A stretch of 64,000 bases of DNA, taken from Octopus vulgaris (lineage: Eukaryota). The position numbers were made by a program, and so were the translations under genes. The notes under the pieces were generated by a model that saw nothing but the letters and a program-made list of their open reading frames with translations, was not told the DNA's origin and did not search any database. Location: assembly GCA_951406725.2 (NCBI GenBank), contig OX597815.1, positions 48,732,001-48,796,000 on the forward strand. Reading direction: 5' to 3'. Below, in pieces: positions 14,383 through 28,640 of this stretch (positions are counted from its first letter, which is position 1; the number at the start of each line of letters is the position of its first letter).

Positions 14383-15284
14383 TCATCATCATCATCATCA
14401 TCATCGTTTAACGTCCGTTTTCCATGCTAGCATGGGTTGGATGGTTCAACTGGGGTCTGGGAAGCCAGAAGGCTGCGCCAGGCCCAGTCTGATCTGGCAG
14501 CATTTCTACAGCTGGATGCCCTTCCTAACGCCAACCACTCTGAGAGTGTAGTGGGTGCTTTTTATGTGCCACCTGCACAGGTGCCAGACGAGGCTGGCAA
14601 ATGGCCACGATCGGATGGTGCTTTTTACGTGCCACCGGTACGGGGGCCAGACGAGGCTGGCAACGGCCACAATCGGATGGTGCTTTTTACGTGCCACCGG
14701 CACGGAGGCCAGTCGGGGTGGCACTGGCAACGGCCATGTTCGGATGGTTCTCTTACGTGCCACCGGTATCTCAGCTACAATTTCCATTGATGTTGAAAGA
14801 GTTCGATTTCAATTTTCACTTGCCTCCACAGGTCTTCACAAGTAGGGTTTGTGTCACAAGAAGGAAAAGTATGCATAAGTGGGCTATGTCCCAGGTAGAG
14901 GCCACACATTATGGTCTCACTTGTCCTGCCAGGTCTTCCCACGCACAGCATACTTCCAAAGGTCTCAGTCTCTGGTCATTTCCTCGGTGAGACCTAAAGT
15001 TTGAAGGTCGTTCTTCACCACCTCGTCCCAGGTTTTCCTGGGTCTACCTCTTCCACAGGTCCCCTCAACCGCCAGGGTGTGGCACTTTTTCACACAATTA
15101 TCTTCACCCATTCTTGCTACGTGACCATACCAGTGCAAACATCTCTCTTGCACACCACAACTGATGCTTCTTAGGTCCAACTTTTCTCTCAAGGTACTTA
15201 CACTCTGTCGAGTATGAACACTGACATTACGCATCCATCGGAGCATACTGGCTTCATTTCTTGCGAGCTTATGCATATCCTCAG
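14383..15284 (-). mobile_element. 5'-truncated RTE-clade LINE (ORF C-terminus plus 3' UTR, (GAT)n tail)
   Basis: ORF 14965-15276: EASMLRWM...LHWYGHVARM...GRGRPRKTWDEVVKNDL. (CAT)n at 14383-14405. Four ~60-65-bp subrepeats at 14550-14766. Confidence 0.9.
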
Positions 15285-18028
15285 TTCATAAAAGATTAAG
15301 ATTCAAGTGAACCAGGTAAGGCTTATAGGATCATGAAGGTGCATTTGCCATTAATTTTTGAATGTTTTAAATGTTGTGGTTCATTAATCCATTTAAAATT
15401 TATTGGAAACAGCTGTAGTGAATTAACACATTATCCATCTGTTATTTATATATATATTTGTGAGTGTGTACATGTGTGTGTGTGTGCATGTGTGTGTGTG
15501 CGCACGTGTTTGTCCCCTACCATTGCTTAACAACTGGGGTCAACTTGTTTGACTAAAACCCTTCAAGGCAATGTTCCCAGCATGGCCACAGACCAAAGAA
15601 TATAAAAGAAAAGATACTTCTTTATCACAAGAACTGTAATGATCCATTTCTTTCCCAAATTCTAGGCAAAGCAAGATGATCCTGGTAGGAAGAGTAGAGG
15701 AGGAGAGAGCAAGAGATTGTCAAAGATGCTTGTAGGCTGACAACATTGCAGAATGGACTGGAAACAAGAACATTGTTAACTGCATGCAACACAACATGTA
15801 AGGAACTGAGTAGTCTTGGCAGGCTGACCCCTGGACACAAGAATGGTACATGGCTGATGTATCAATTAAGCTTGCTTTTTTAAAAAAGAATTACATCTGC
15901 ATTACCATAAATTGAATTTCGGATGTATATGTATGCTTGTGTGTGTGTGTGTGTGTATATATGTAAGTGACCATGTTAGTGTAAATTCTGGAAGAGAGAC
16001 ACAGTTTTATGAACTGAAGTTGATGTGTTGTAATGATTTAAGACAAAAAATATAGTGTTTTTCAATGTTTTGCTAGCCTGGCTGAGGCTCACACCATTAG
16101 GTTTATGAATTTGTTTTGCCAGATTCTTGATGTGAAGTTGTGGGTTATATTTCATGATGGTCATGCTTTCCTTCTTGCCAAATAAACACACATACTATAT
16201 ATTTATTCTTCACTTGTTTATTATTGTTCTTATTTTATCTTATGTCCACTGTCTGGAAATCTTTCGTCACACATCTGTGACCTCTTCAGTGACTTATCCA
16301 TCGAAGTGTATACTGAATCGACAACATACACACAAACACACACATATATATATTGTTTTTTACTTATTATATATTGATTATTCATTTTTGTACTTTTTGA
16401 GATCTAGTTATATGTTTTATAAAAATATATTCTATTTGTTATTTATGTTTTGGTTTATGTCTATCACTGTTTGAGTTGCATAATAGTGGTTTTATCACTA
16501 ATTTATATTTTATATATATATATGGGGTGGGGGGAGTACAATTGTTGTGGGGTTAAGGGGCTGAATTTACTGACCATATTGTTATAATAACCATTGTACT
16601 GTTCAGTAAACTCTGATATCTACACAAATAGGGAGACATGTTAGATAATATAAACCTAGATACACTAATGCCTGAAACCAAGATAGGAGGATTACAGTTG
16701 GAATGTGTTTAGTCTTTGATAGGTTTGCTCAGTCAGAGCTGATCTGAAGCCAGTAGCAAAGTTAAGGATCTGGCACTTTTATTAAGGCAGCACTTTTGAG
16801 TCTACCTGTAATGGGGGTGGAGAGCAAGGGAGTGCAGTAAACTCAAGGGCGGCCTTGGGTGGAACATACAGTAACTATGCCACAGTCTGTGGTTTAACAA
16901 CAACAGCAATCACTTCTTGCTCTATTCACTTTGGTTGATTTTTACAAGATAAAGGCCCTACACCCTGCTTCAAATTTCAGTAGTTAGCAATTGGAAAGAC
17001 ATGTAGCTAGAAAAACAATTATTCTAACAAAACAGAATATTTAAAAAACATCTCAAGCATGGGAAAATGTTCATTAACTTACTCAGAACTTTTTAAACTG
17101 TCTCATTTTCAACTCCCTTATGCTTATGGGTGAAGTATATAAAAATTCTAGCTTTTTTATTGGTTATTAAGAACTTATGCATGGTCAATTTACCTGCTAG
17201 AAATGGCATCCAAATTACCTTCAGATAACACTTTGTTGTTGCTGCCTTAAAAAAAAAAAGACATGATTGGATAATGTGGTTTCAGAGATAAAATAAAGTA
17301 TCAGTCAATAACAGGAGTTGATATAATCAATTGTCTTGGTCAGACCAAAATCCTGGCCTTGTGCTCATGACAGAAATCAATATTCACAGTGAAACCAAGA
17401 TAGTTGACTTAAATTAAGAAGAACACAGCTGCTTATTTTTAATGGACATCTTTTTGTTAAGATCTGAGTGTATAAGGTACTGCAAGAGAAACTAATAGAA
17501 CAAGTACCAAGCTTTAAACACAAAATAGCTACTGGGATTGATTTGACTAAAAGCCTTCAAAGCATATTTTCCATCTTTTACTTTTTTCCTCTGATTGGAA
17601 CATAAAATAAAAGATTCACTTGCAATTGATCAAAGCAGTCAATATTCTTGATTAAGCATCTTCTCAATTAACTCCCTGAAGGTTCCAGAATATTCTGTGG
17701 GGAGCTTTTGTGTTACAGTAGAGAAATCAGGGGTCATGCCCTGAAGACAGCTATGAGCACCTTGTATTGTCTGTTTGAATTCTGATCTACTGCATTTGAT
17801 GGCATGAAAGACATATGAGCATATTTCATGGACCCCAATTTCAGTAATGCATGTTAAGGAAAAAATGCTTTTTTAGTTCATTAAAACATGTAAAAGCCTT
17901 CAAAGATGAAGTGTTTTTTGCTCAAGAACACAATGCACCACCTGGTCTAGGAATTGAAATCAGGATCTAGTGATCATGAGGGCAACATCCCAACCACTAA
18001 GCCATGCTTAATAATGATAATAATAATG

Positions 18029-18081
<53 letters not shown>

Positions 18082-18083
<2 letters not shown>

Positions 18084-18265
18084 GCAAACACATAATTTTC
18101 TTATGGTTTCTTAAACATTCTGTAGAACAACACTATGTACAAAAGCAAATATATGGCACCCTAGGCATAACACCAGCAGGAACTTCCAAATTGTTGTCTC
18201 TTGAGGTCTCTGGGTGAGACTTGGAGCCAACTTGTACAAATGTAAAGCAAAAGTCAAACATAAAA
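18082..18265 (+). mobile_element. Probable 3' UTR fragment of a Dong-like element within (AAT)n
   Basis: Flanked by (AAT)n. gaggtctctgggtgagacttgga resembles gaggttgtgacttga at the 3' end of the 10.6-11.1 kb element. Confidence 0.4.
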
Positions 18266-18281
18266 TAATAATAATAATATT

Positions 18282-18371
<90 letters not shown>

Positions 18372-18398
18372 AAGAAGAAGAAGAAGAAGAAGAAGAAG

Positions 18399-18433
<35 letters not shown>

Positions 18434-18435
18434 CG
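18265..18435. repeat. Compound (AAT)n(AAG)n(AAC)n microsatellite
   Basis: Direct reading. Confidence 0.95.
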
Positions 18436-18918
18436 ATTCTGATTTTAGCAGAAGGTCAGCAGTTTTGAAGGGAGGGGATTAGTTGATACCCTTGATCTCA
18501 GTACTTGACTGGTTCTTTATTTTATCAAGCCAGAGGGAATGAAAGACAAAGTTGATCTTGATGTAATTTAAACAAGGATTGTCTTAAGCAATTTTTTTTC
18601 AATCATTTTAACTATTCTGGCAAATAATAACTATTTCAGCAACATGGAAAATACTGCATTATTGCAGTGTGCTGCAGTACAGAATAGGAACAGATGCAAC
18701 TGACTGGCATCCTCCAAAATTTCTAGCTTGTGCCTATAGTAGAACGAAATTAAGAAATAAATGAGAAATGAATTTGTGCTCTTTAGTGACAAAAATGGCT
18801 CATTGCCCCTTTTATATTGTTTCCATGCTTGCTTTACTATATATATTTCTATCCTCTACATCTTTGCAACGTTTTTGCAGTGTCCCCTCATGTACTACCT
18901 TGTGGCAAATATAATAAC

Positions 18919-18980
<62 letters not shown>

Positions 18981-19374
18981 TAATCATTATTATTAATATT
19001 ATTATTATTATTATTATTATGATTATTATTATTATTATTGTTATTATTATTATTATTATGATTATTATTATTACTACTACTACCTTTATCATTGTTATTG
19101 TTACTATCATTACTATGTGTAGAGATGTAGATAGACTCACATAGAAAAACATTCAAAGCAAAGCAGTGGTGGAGTAGTAGTAGTAATAGTAGTAGTGGTG
19201 GTGGTGGCTCAAGGACAGGGGATGGTGGTCATGATAATCAACATACATCACTGGAACCAATTAGTGAATGGTCTAAGAAGAGAATTTGTTTGATCTGGAA
19301 CGGTTTAATGACTGAGATAATTGCCATTAAACAACTTATCATTTCACTGATAATTTCACATTAAAAATACATTC

Positions 19375-19445
<71 letters not shown>

Positions 19446-19668
19446 TAATAATAATAGTAACTATAATGATAAAACAAACAACAACCAAAATGAATATATA
19501 TGAATTGAAGGAAGATATAACAACAAAAATAGTAAGTAAATAAAGACACAATGAATAACAGTTGTTTTTGTTGTTAGTTTTTATTCATTTAAAATAAGAA
19601 ATTTTGATTATTATATCTAGATACGACAAGTAAATGACTGATGGGAAATAACAACAGCAAAAACATCT

Positions 19669-19699
<31 letters not shown>

Positions 19700-19709
19700 C
19701 AACAATAAT

Positions 19710-20535
19710 GATTTCAAAATTTGGCACAAGGCCTGCAATTTAGGGGGAGGGGTAACTCAATTACATCAACCCCAGTAATCAAGTAGTACTTATTTTATCA
19801 ACCCCAAACGGATGAAAGGCAAAGTCAGTCTCAGTGGAATTCGAACTCAGACTGTAAAGACAGATGAAATGTCATTAGATATTTTGCCTGGTGTACTAAT
19901 GATTCTGCCAGCTCTCCAATTTATAATAATAATCCTTTCTACTAAAGGCACAAAACCAGAAAATTGTGAGGAGGGGACTAGTCAATTACATCGATCCCAG
20001 TGTTTCACTGGTACTTAATTTATCAACTCTAAAATGATGGAAGGCAAAGTCGACCAAGGTGGAATTTGAACTCAGAATGTTAGGACGGATGAAATGCCAC
20101 TAAGCATTTTACCTGGTGTGCTAACAATTCTGTCAAATCCTTTCTACTAAAGACACAAGGCTTGAAATTTGGTGGGTGGCAACTGGTCGATTACATTAAC
20201 CCCAGAGTTTCACCGGTTCTTAATTTATCGACCCTGAAAGGATGAAAGGCAAAGTCGACCTTGATAGAATTTGAACTCAGAATATAATAATGGGTGAAAA
20301 ACCACTAAGCATTTCATCCAGCATGCTAACAGTTCTGTCAGCTTGCCACTTTAATAATGATGATAATCTTTTATGCAATCGGTGCAAGGCTTGAAATTTG
20401 GGGGAAGGGGCTAATCAATTACATTGACGTCCGTGCCCAACTGGTACATTTTTTATTGATCTCAAAAGGATGAAAGGCAAAGTTGACCTCAACAGAATTT
20501 GTACCCTGAATTTAATGACAGGCGAAATGCTGCTA
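19710..20535 (-). mobile_element. Cluster of four SINE family B copies
   Basis: ggatgaaaggcaaagt.gacc...aatttgaactcag repeated four times. Confidence 0.85.
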
Positions 20536-20544
20536 ATAATAATG

Positions 20545-20902
20545 GGGGAAAAAATGCATTGGAGGTGCAATGTATACCCTGCATGCACACAAAGATAAAT
20601 TAAAATTCAATCTAATAAATATATTCTCAAACGAATCCATATTTCAACAAAATGATATCAACAGTTATTTCACCTGTTTATCAATTATACATATATAACA
20701 GAAAAAGAAACAAAACATTTTGATTCACCCATCCGTCAGTTTTGAAGATAAACTAATTTAATGAGTTTGAGCCACTCACCCAACAAGTATTTCTGCCAAA
20801 TTTGGTGAAAATCTGTTCTGCTGATTTTTCAGTAATTTTGAAAACACACAGACAAAGACAAGTGACTACAATAACCCTGCTTCACTTACACGTGCAGGGT
20901 TA
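20545..20902. mobile_element. DINE-1/HINE-like (Helentron-associated) non-autonomous element
   Basis: Subterminal IR ACCCTGCATG (20576-85) against CGTGCAGGGT (20891-900), terminal hairpin TAACCCTGC..GCAGGGTTA, and an adjacent ACAG-type microsatellite. Confidence 0.55.
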
Positions 20903-21406
20903 ATAATAATTAAAATTATTTAAAATTTTGGTGTAAGGCCAGAAATTTCAAAGGTGGAGGTAAGTTGATTACATTGAGCCCAATATTCGAATGTTACTTA
21001 TTTTATTGACTCTGTAAAGATGAAAGCATGATAGCACTTCTGCCAATTTGCTGCCTTAGAATTTATAATAAGAAATAATAATAATAATAATAATGATGAT
21101 AATAATAATAATAATCTTTATATATACTTGTGCTGGTGCCACATTAAAAGCACTGGTGCTGGTTCCACAAATAAAGCACACTGTACACGCTAGTTATGAA
21201 TGGAATCCAGCTGTAGAAACCATGCCAGTAATAAAAGAAATATTGGTCTGCTTTCTTGTTTCTTCCTCAGTTTGAAGACCAGACACGTTCCCATGTGTTC
21301 TTTCTGTATCAACAGAGAACACATTCTACCACACAATGACAAGAGCTTCCTTTAACTTTTATTTTGGCTCATGTAAGTCCACTCTGGCTTTTGCAAAACA
21401 TAAATA

Positions 21407-22404
21407 CGGTAATGCCTTGATATACGAGTTAATTTATTTTTGGAGACTGCTCGTAAAGCAAAAGCTCGTAAAATAGAACAATAATTTCCCATAGTAGCAA
21501 TGTTATAAATCGTAATTCATTCCCAGAAAAATATTCTCTTTTACTCTCTTTTACTTGTTTCAGTCGTTTGACTGTGGCCATGCTGGAGCACCACGTTGGA
21601 TTTAGTTGAGCAAATCACCCCCAGGACTTATTCTTTATAAGCCTAGTACTTATTCTATCAGTCTCTTTTGCCAAACCGCTAAGTTACGGGGACATAGACA
21701 CACCAGCATCGGTTATCAAGCGATCTTGGGGGGATAAACACAGACACACAAACATATACACACACACATATATTTATATATATATATATACATATATACG
21801 ATGGGCTTCTTTCAGTTTCCGTCTACCAAATTCACTCACAAGGCTTTGGTTGGCCCGAGGCTATAGTAGAAGACACTTGCCCAAGGTGCCACGCCGTGGG
21901 ACTGAACCCGGAACCATGTGGTTGGTAAGCAAGCTACTTACCACACAGCCACTCCTACGCCTATTCACACAGCCACTTCTACGACGTAAAATTTATAATA
22001 CTCATAAATAAAGGGCAATAACATAATAGTAGAATATAAAGAATTTTTTATTTAAAGTAAAAAGAATGTCAACATCATTTTTAATAAAAAATATTATTAT
22101 AAATGTTTTCTGAATCACTATCACTTGCACTAGACTTGTGCACACTATCACTTGTAGAACTGATCACCAATTCTCAAGCACTTATAAACGGATTTGTAGT
22201 TTTCTTTTTAAGAAGCGAGTTTAGAGTTGTTTGCTAAGAAGAAGCTTTTCTTTGCTCTCTATAAATTTCTCAGTAACACACACAAGCATTTGTTATGGTA
22301 GCAGAAACTTTTGCACTTTGTTCAAAATTTGGATTTTGTGCTTTAACCTTTTTATATTGATATAAAACTCGTAAAGTGGGTCCTTGTAAAGTGAGTTATT
22401 ACTG
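21407..22404. mobile_element. Tigger/pogo-like MITE with TA TSD, interrupted by a SINE (21535-21962)
   Basis: TA|CGGTAATGCCTTGATATACGAG ... CTTGTAAAGTGAGTTATTACTG|TA imperfect TIRs. Confidence 0.6.
21535..21962 (-). mobile_element. SINE family A
   Basis: Full-length reverse-complement match. Confidence 0.88.
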
Positions 22405-23709
22405 TATATCACCTTCCTCCCTTGCTATTCTTGGATAAATCTCTCAAGTAAGATGTCATTTTGTGACATACGGTAATTATGCTTCATTCTGTGGTAGGAT
22501 TCAACCAATGTCCAAAATTCTGCTTTAGCCTGTAATGCTAACAAAGGAGTCACCGTTAGTAGTATTGCTTATATCACATATTGATTGCATTGTTTTACTT
22601 TTGTTGTCAATACTCTTGTTTATGTCATGCAAATTTACATCTTTCAGGTGTCAAATCATGCCTGAGCCTGAAACTGTATCTGTTTTGCATTTTTCCTGTT
22701 TGTCCTTTCTTTAAATTTGTTCATGCATATTCAAAGATTGTTTGGGTTTAGTGTATGGTGGTGGTGGTGGTGGTGGTGGTGGTAGCTGTGTGTCCATTGC
22801 TGCTTCCTTTCATGCTTGTGAAGCATAAAATAAAAACTGCAATTATTTATGAACCAACCTAACACACACACAAACACACACACACAAAGTGAATGGCTTT
22901 ACTATTTAAGAAAAGAGCACTCCATACAATTTTAGTAGGTTGAAGCACACATATATATTTATTTATATGTTTATTTCAAATTTTATGTTTTTTGCCATTT
23001 CATTAAAAATGAGTGAAATGGTTGCAAGTAATTCATTTTAAAAACAATTTTTTTTCTGTTAGTTTAGAAATATTTTCTACATTACAGATTAAACAATTTG
23101 AAATTAATTTAAATATTTGAATATTAACAGTTCATAAACAGTAAATTGCAAGACTAAATGCCTCACAGCGTTTTGTTATTATTGTCATCATTGTTTATTG
23201 TCTGGGTTTCCTTGATGGAGCAGAACTACGATCAAACATAGTCTAGCTTTGACCATTCTGTCATCTTTTTTTCACCACTAACGTAGTTTATAGATAAAAC
23301 AACATTATTCACTCTATCCATTCTTTTCAAATTAGTACAACATGATTTGAGGAATATCTTGCTGCTATTCTAACAAGCTGAGTAGATATCTTCAGAATTC
23401 TTTGTTTGCTGATTTGAGCTACATTTTCTTGCATTGTGTATTCAAATTTCAGTTGTCTTATGGCTTAGGCAGAGGTGGAAAGGTAGCACATATGATCCCT
23501 TCCTGGAGCCTTGTGACTGTTAGAAAGAATGGAGAAAGACTTGAACTCAAATTATAAAGGCTTGGAATAAATTCAGCAAGGCTATTTTTCTGGCATTCTA
23601 ATGATTCTGCCAAACCATGGTATTTAACTAAATGCTACATAACCTTTTTGCGACCATATTTCTAATATTTCTGCCTGCTGCTGTCTGCTTCAATATTTTT
23701 TTTGCTTAA

Positions 23710-23925
23710 CCCTTTAGCATTCAGATTTTTCTATCAAATATAATACTTATTCATTCACATTGTTTTGAATTAATTGTGTATTATCTTGTAGCCTAGGGAT
23801 TTTGATGATGTAATTGTTTATTTTTAGAATTACAGAGGGTTGGTGTGGGAATCCAGATCTGACTGGTTAAGCATAAAACAAGAAGAATACTTGGGCTGGA
23901 TATGGCTGGTTTGAATGCTAAAGAG
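23710..23925. mobile_element. piggyBac-like MITE
   Basis: TTAA|CCCTTTAGCATTCA ... TGAATGCTAAAGAG|TAA. The right TSD is degenerate. Confidence 0.55.
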
Positions 23926-24152
23926 TAAAGAATTTGAAGGGATTTGGGAAAATATTTGTGCCTAATAAGCTGATATCTGGGAAATAATAAAATGTTCATA
24001 CAAACAATTATGATGAAAGGTTTTAAATTTACATAGAAACACTTTAAAATACAATAGAAGCAGGGATGATCTTCCATATATTACATTTATAGGATCTACC
24101 TCTTTGGAATCTAAGCAGCTTATATGGTACACATTCCCAATTATTTTCAATA

Positions 24153-25411
24153 TTAGAGTCCAGAAAGTATGAAAAGTCTATAGGTTGACCAAGATACTTT
24201 CATGAAATGTGACCAAATGAGGTTTATTTTTCAATATAGTCTTCTTTGTGGTTCACACACTTCTTTCATTAATGTTGTAGTGTTTGTGTTCCATTAGTGA
24301 AGGAGATTTCATCCTGTTGCACAGAAAAATCTAGATTTGATGTCATCATTGTGATACTGATTCCGGACCAAGTGTTTTTTCATGTTGGGGAACAAATGAT
24401 AGTCAGATGAGGCTAAATCAAGAGAATAGGAAAGTTAATGAACCAGTTCAAAGCCATATTCATGCACATCATCCATTGAAACCAAGGACTTATGTGCTGG
24501 AGCATTGCCCTGATAAAACAAAACCTCTTTCATCAGTTTTCCTGGACATTTAATCTTTTCAGCCTTTTGTAACTGCCTCAACAAGATGGTATGGTACTCT
24601 TCATTGTGTGACCCTTTTCAAGACAATAAATACAATGTCTTTTTCATACCCCCAAAAAACTGAAACTATCACCATGCCTGCAGTTGAAATGACCTGGGCC
24701 TCCTTTGAAGCCAGTGAGGAGGGGTGTTTCCACTGCATGGATTGTCTCATTGTCTCTGGATCAAAGTGATGAATCCAACCCTCATCTTGGGTTAGGAAAC
24801 CTTCAAGGAAACCAGCTAGATCTGCCTGAAACGATGTCAAATTTTCCCATAATGTGATTAACCTTGTGTCTTTTGATTAGGTATCAAATGTGGCACCCAC
24901 TAAGCAGAAACTGTCATGTCAACTTCATTGTGCTGAATATTCTCAGCTCTTTCATGAGATATGCTCACAGCATTGGCTATTTGATTTATAATCAATTGCC
25001 TGTCATCCATCACTATGTGGTGAACACAATTTTTTGCGTTGGTAGTAGCAGTTTCAGGACATCCAGATGTTTGGTCAGCTTCAAGGCTCTCCCTTCTTCT
25101 CCTAACTTTCACTGCCAAGCTTTTGCACTGTTGATAAAGCTGGAGTGTCATCCTCTAATGTAACAACCATGTCAGTATGAATGTCCTTGGGGACTAAACC
25201 ATTTTCCTGCAGATACCTGATAACACCACAAAGCCAAATATTGTTCATTTCCAAGATAAGTCACTGTTATTTTTGAAGTCTTCTTTGAACAATCAGATGT
25301 CAATTTACCAGGAAAGAAACAATATAGTTATATGAAGAGTTAAAATTAAAGCATGCAAGATTTCACAGTTCATTCATAGTCAGCCTATGAACTTTATAGC
25401 TCACCCTCTTA
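24153..25411 (-). mobile_element. Decayed mariner transposon
   Basis: Minus-strand peptides LTQDEGWIHHFDPETMRQSMQWKHPSS and RRRESLEADQTSGCPETAT. Degenerate TIRs (aaaagtctataggttg / cagcctatgaacttta). Boundaries are approximate. Confidence 0.85.
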
Positions 25412-26478
25412 TGAAACAGGGGCTAAGTAAAAGCCTGCAAATAAGCATAGATATTAAGAACAAATTTATGAAAATACTTTATACAAGTGAAGGGTTAGAG
25501 AGAGAAAAAATGGATTAAATTTTGCTTTTATTGAGAAATGAATCTTTGATTAAATAAAATTGACAAGAATTAGGAACAAGAAAAAAACTGGAAGTCATGG
25601 CTTGTATTCTACCGAAGTGATTTGTTGTACTGGTCAGAAAAGTTTCACTGTGCAAGACAATTATACTGCTTTTATAAATAACCAGTAAGAATATTCTTTG
25701 TTTAAACAGCTTAATTTGCTTGAATAGGCTTGTATACAAAAATGATATATAATCTAAGATGTACCTGAGAAATGTTCTGAATGAAGGATTTAACTAGTTC
25801 TCTCCACAACCTCTCCCATAAAAAATGAAAGAAATAAAAGAAGAATACAAGTAATATAATCCTAAAAATAATAACCGTCACCGGTTCCAACTACACAAAA
25901 AATGAGAGGGGGGGATAGCATACTGGTACATAACACATCACTGAAACAGTGAAGGAACTTAACTTGCAAGAACTAAAACAAACAAGAACATCAGAAAACT
26001 AACAAGAATGCCGCTATCACCACCACCACAACCACCAAAAACAACATACTACCACCATCACCATCAAAACAACTTCTACACAACAACAAAAAATGACACA
26101 GAAAAACAGAACTAGAAGACACATAAAATTGTTGGATTATTTTTGATAATAACCATATCAAACAAACTTGACTGGGAATCAGTAAAAGACAAGCAAAGAA
26201 ATGAAGTGGCCGGCAAAACTATCTGCCATTTTACTGTTATTTCCAGTTCTTTATGGCCACACTTAAGTTAAATCAGCCAATTGTAAAGTCCAGAAATTCC
26301 TCGCAGCCAGTATAGATGGAAAATTCTTTTTTCATAAAGTTGACAACATCTCATAAATAATTTGGCTGACTTAGGCAGAATTTTGAATTTCCATCAATCA
26401 TGGAATTTCGGAAGAAACATGTTTCTATCTTCAATACTCAAACATTTCTGTGAAGTATGTATACATGTGTGTGCGTGT

Positions 26479-26530
<52 letters not shown>

Positions 26531-27051
26531 CTTTGGCTGTAAATATTCTCCAATTCCTTCATATCTATGCCAGTATAGCAGTACAGAGTCACAACTCACT
26601 GCTTTAACCATTTTGCATTCATTTGTAAATGCGAAATACACTTGTTCACTCAGATTTCATGCATACATATGTGTGTATATGCACAAGAGAGTGTGTTTGT
26701 GTGTGTGTGAGAGAGAAAGAGAGAGTGTATGTTTAGGTAGTGGAGGTAAAATAAAAACAAGAAAAACAATGAATATTTCTGGAACTATTCTAAAGTGTAA
26801 TTGAATCATTCATCTATAAGTCTTCATCACCATCCTCATTGACGTCATCATCACCATTGCAGTCATTTTCATCATGAACCACATTGTAACCCTTCCTGCC
26901 AATGGTGTCTTGATCCTCCCACTACCACTACTTATAATCATTAGCATCTTCATCATTATCATCAAAGTGGTTCCTCTCTAGATTTTGGGTTCATAGAGTT
27001 ATTCTTTCTCTTCATGTTTCACCTGAAATATGTTCATATAACAACTATATA

Positions 27052-27110
<59 letters not shown>

Positions 27111-27121
27111 GTATATATATA

Positions 27122-27168
<47 letters not shown>

Positions 27169-27170
<2 letters not shown>

Positions 27171-27355
27171 AGAATTCATGAAAAAAACAAAATACGTTGA
27201 CAGGTGGTGTACAAAACAAACAGATGTATTAGTATAATGCTTAGGAATTGAAAAAGTCTTTTACGTTTCAAGCCTATGCTCTTCTACAGAAAGGAACACA
27301 GAAAGAAACGAGGAGAGAAAAAAAATGTGTGTAGTGGCTACCAATCTATCATGGC

Positions 27356-27358
<3 letters not shown>
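27169..27358 (-). mobile_element. PLE pseudo-LTR-like fragment with variant minimal hammerhead (27258-27293)
   Basis: Minus strand reads CTTT-CTGTAGA-A-GAGC atag GCTT-GAAA-CG-TA-AAAG. Core is CUGUAGA rather than CUGANGA. Flanked by (TA)n. Confidence 0.55.
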
Positions 27359-27394
<36 letters not shown>

Positions 27395-28228
27395 GCAGTG
27401 TACATACACTTTGGTCTCATATGTAAGTACATGTATAAGTCATACAAAATTTATATATATATATATATATAGATTTTGTATGACTCGCTTATTCTTTCTT
27501 TCTTTCTTTCTTTCTTTCTATCAGCCCCTTCACACTTACGTTGTTTTTTCCACTCTTCTTTCTTTCGTTCTCCTCTCTCACATTTGCTGGCTTTCTCTTC
27601 ATTCTCACCTTCCCTCCTCTTTCACTTCACTCTCTCCCTTTTTTTCTCGTCCCTTCCTAATTCTTCTGTCCATCTGCCTCTACTTCTCTTCTCTCTCCCC
27701 ATGTGATTGGTGTTCAGCCAAGCCTGACCTTTCTTTCTTGATTCGTCTACCATCCGTGCAATATCTTATTCCTCCCCATGCCTGTAATCTCTTATGTCCC
27801 TGCTGGAAGGCTTCACCTTCACACACACAAGCTTAATTTACTTCATCTTTAGTCGAAAGACATCTGTTGTTATGTCCTGTTACTTGCATTTGTGTACCAT
27901 TACTCCGTTTTTTTCTTTTCCTTGCTTTTGTATACATTCGTTGCTTTCTTCCAAAGAATATAATGCTCTTACCTTAGTTTTTTCTTGGGGCTGGCCAGAT
28001 TGGAGCAATCTCGAGTATAACCAGCCAAAATTGCAAAGATAATCTGGAACTTGACTGAGGAAAGAAAACTTCAAATGACTCATTCGTACTTTTTCTTGTC
28101 CCTTTTTTGTATCATTTGTCTGGATGTTTTGCGTTCATGTTCCATTTTTTGTATTCCTTGTGTGTGTGTGTGTGTGTATATATATGTATATATATATATA
28201 TGTATGTGTGTGTATATATATATATGTA

Positions 28229-28603
28229 TAGGTGCAGGCATGGCTGTTTGGTAAGAAGCTTGCTTCCCAACCACAAGGTTCTGAGTTCAGTTCCACTGCA
28301 TAGCACCTTGGGAAAGTGTCTTCTACTATAGTCTCAGGCCAACCAAAGCCTTCAGTGGATTTGATAGACGGAAACTGAAAGAAGCTCATCATATCTATAT
28401 ATGTATTTATATTTGTGTGTTTGTCCCCTGCCACTATCACTTGACAACCAGTGTTGGTGTGTTTATGTCCCTATAACTTATCGATTTTGTAAAAAAGACC
28501 AAAGAATAAGTCCTGGGGTCAATTTGTTCAACTAGAACCTCTTAAGTTGGAGCTCCAGCATGGCTGCAGTCAAATGACTGAAACAAGTAAAAGAATAAAA
28601 GAA
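28229..28603 (+). mobile_element. SINE family A
   Basis: Head and tail motifs as above. Confidence 0.85.

Positions 28604-28639
<36 letters not shown>

Positions 28640-28640
<1 letters not shown>

Noticed and set aside
16523-16560. Four G-runs (possible G-quadruplex)
   Set aside because: Isolated motif with a long loop and no supporting context.
17640-17855. Minus-strand open frame ..GVHEICSY..LPTEYSGTFRELIEKMLNQEY* with vague kinase- or actin-like flavour
   Set aside because: No start codon or AG splice acceptor and no diagnostic motif. A BLASTx search would be needed.
21250-21378. Strong-looking splice acceptor (ttcttcctcag) and donor (gtaagt) about 100 bp apart
   Set aside because: All three frames contain stops and no partner exons were found.
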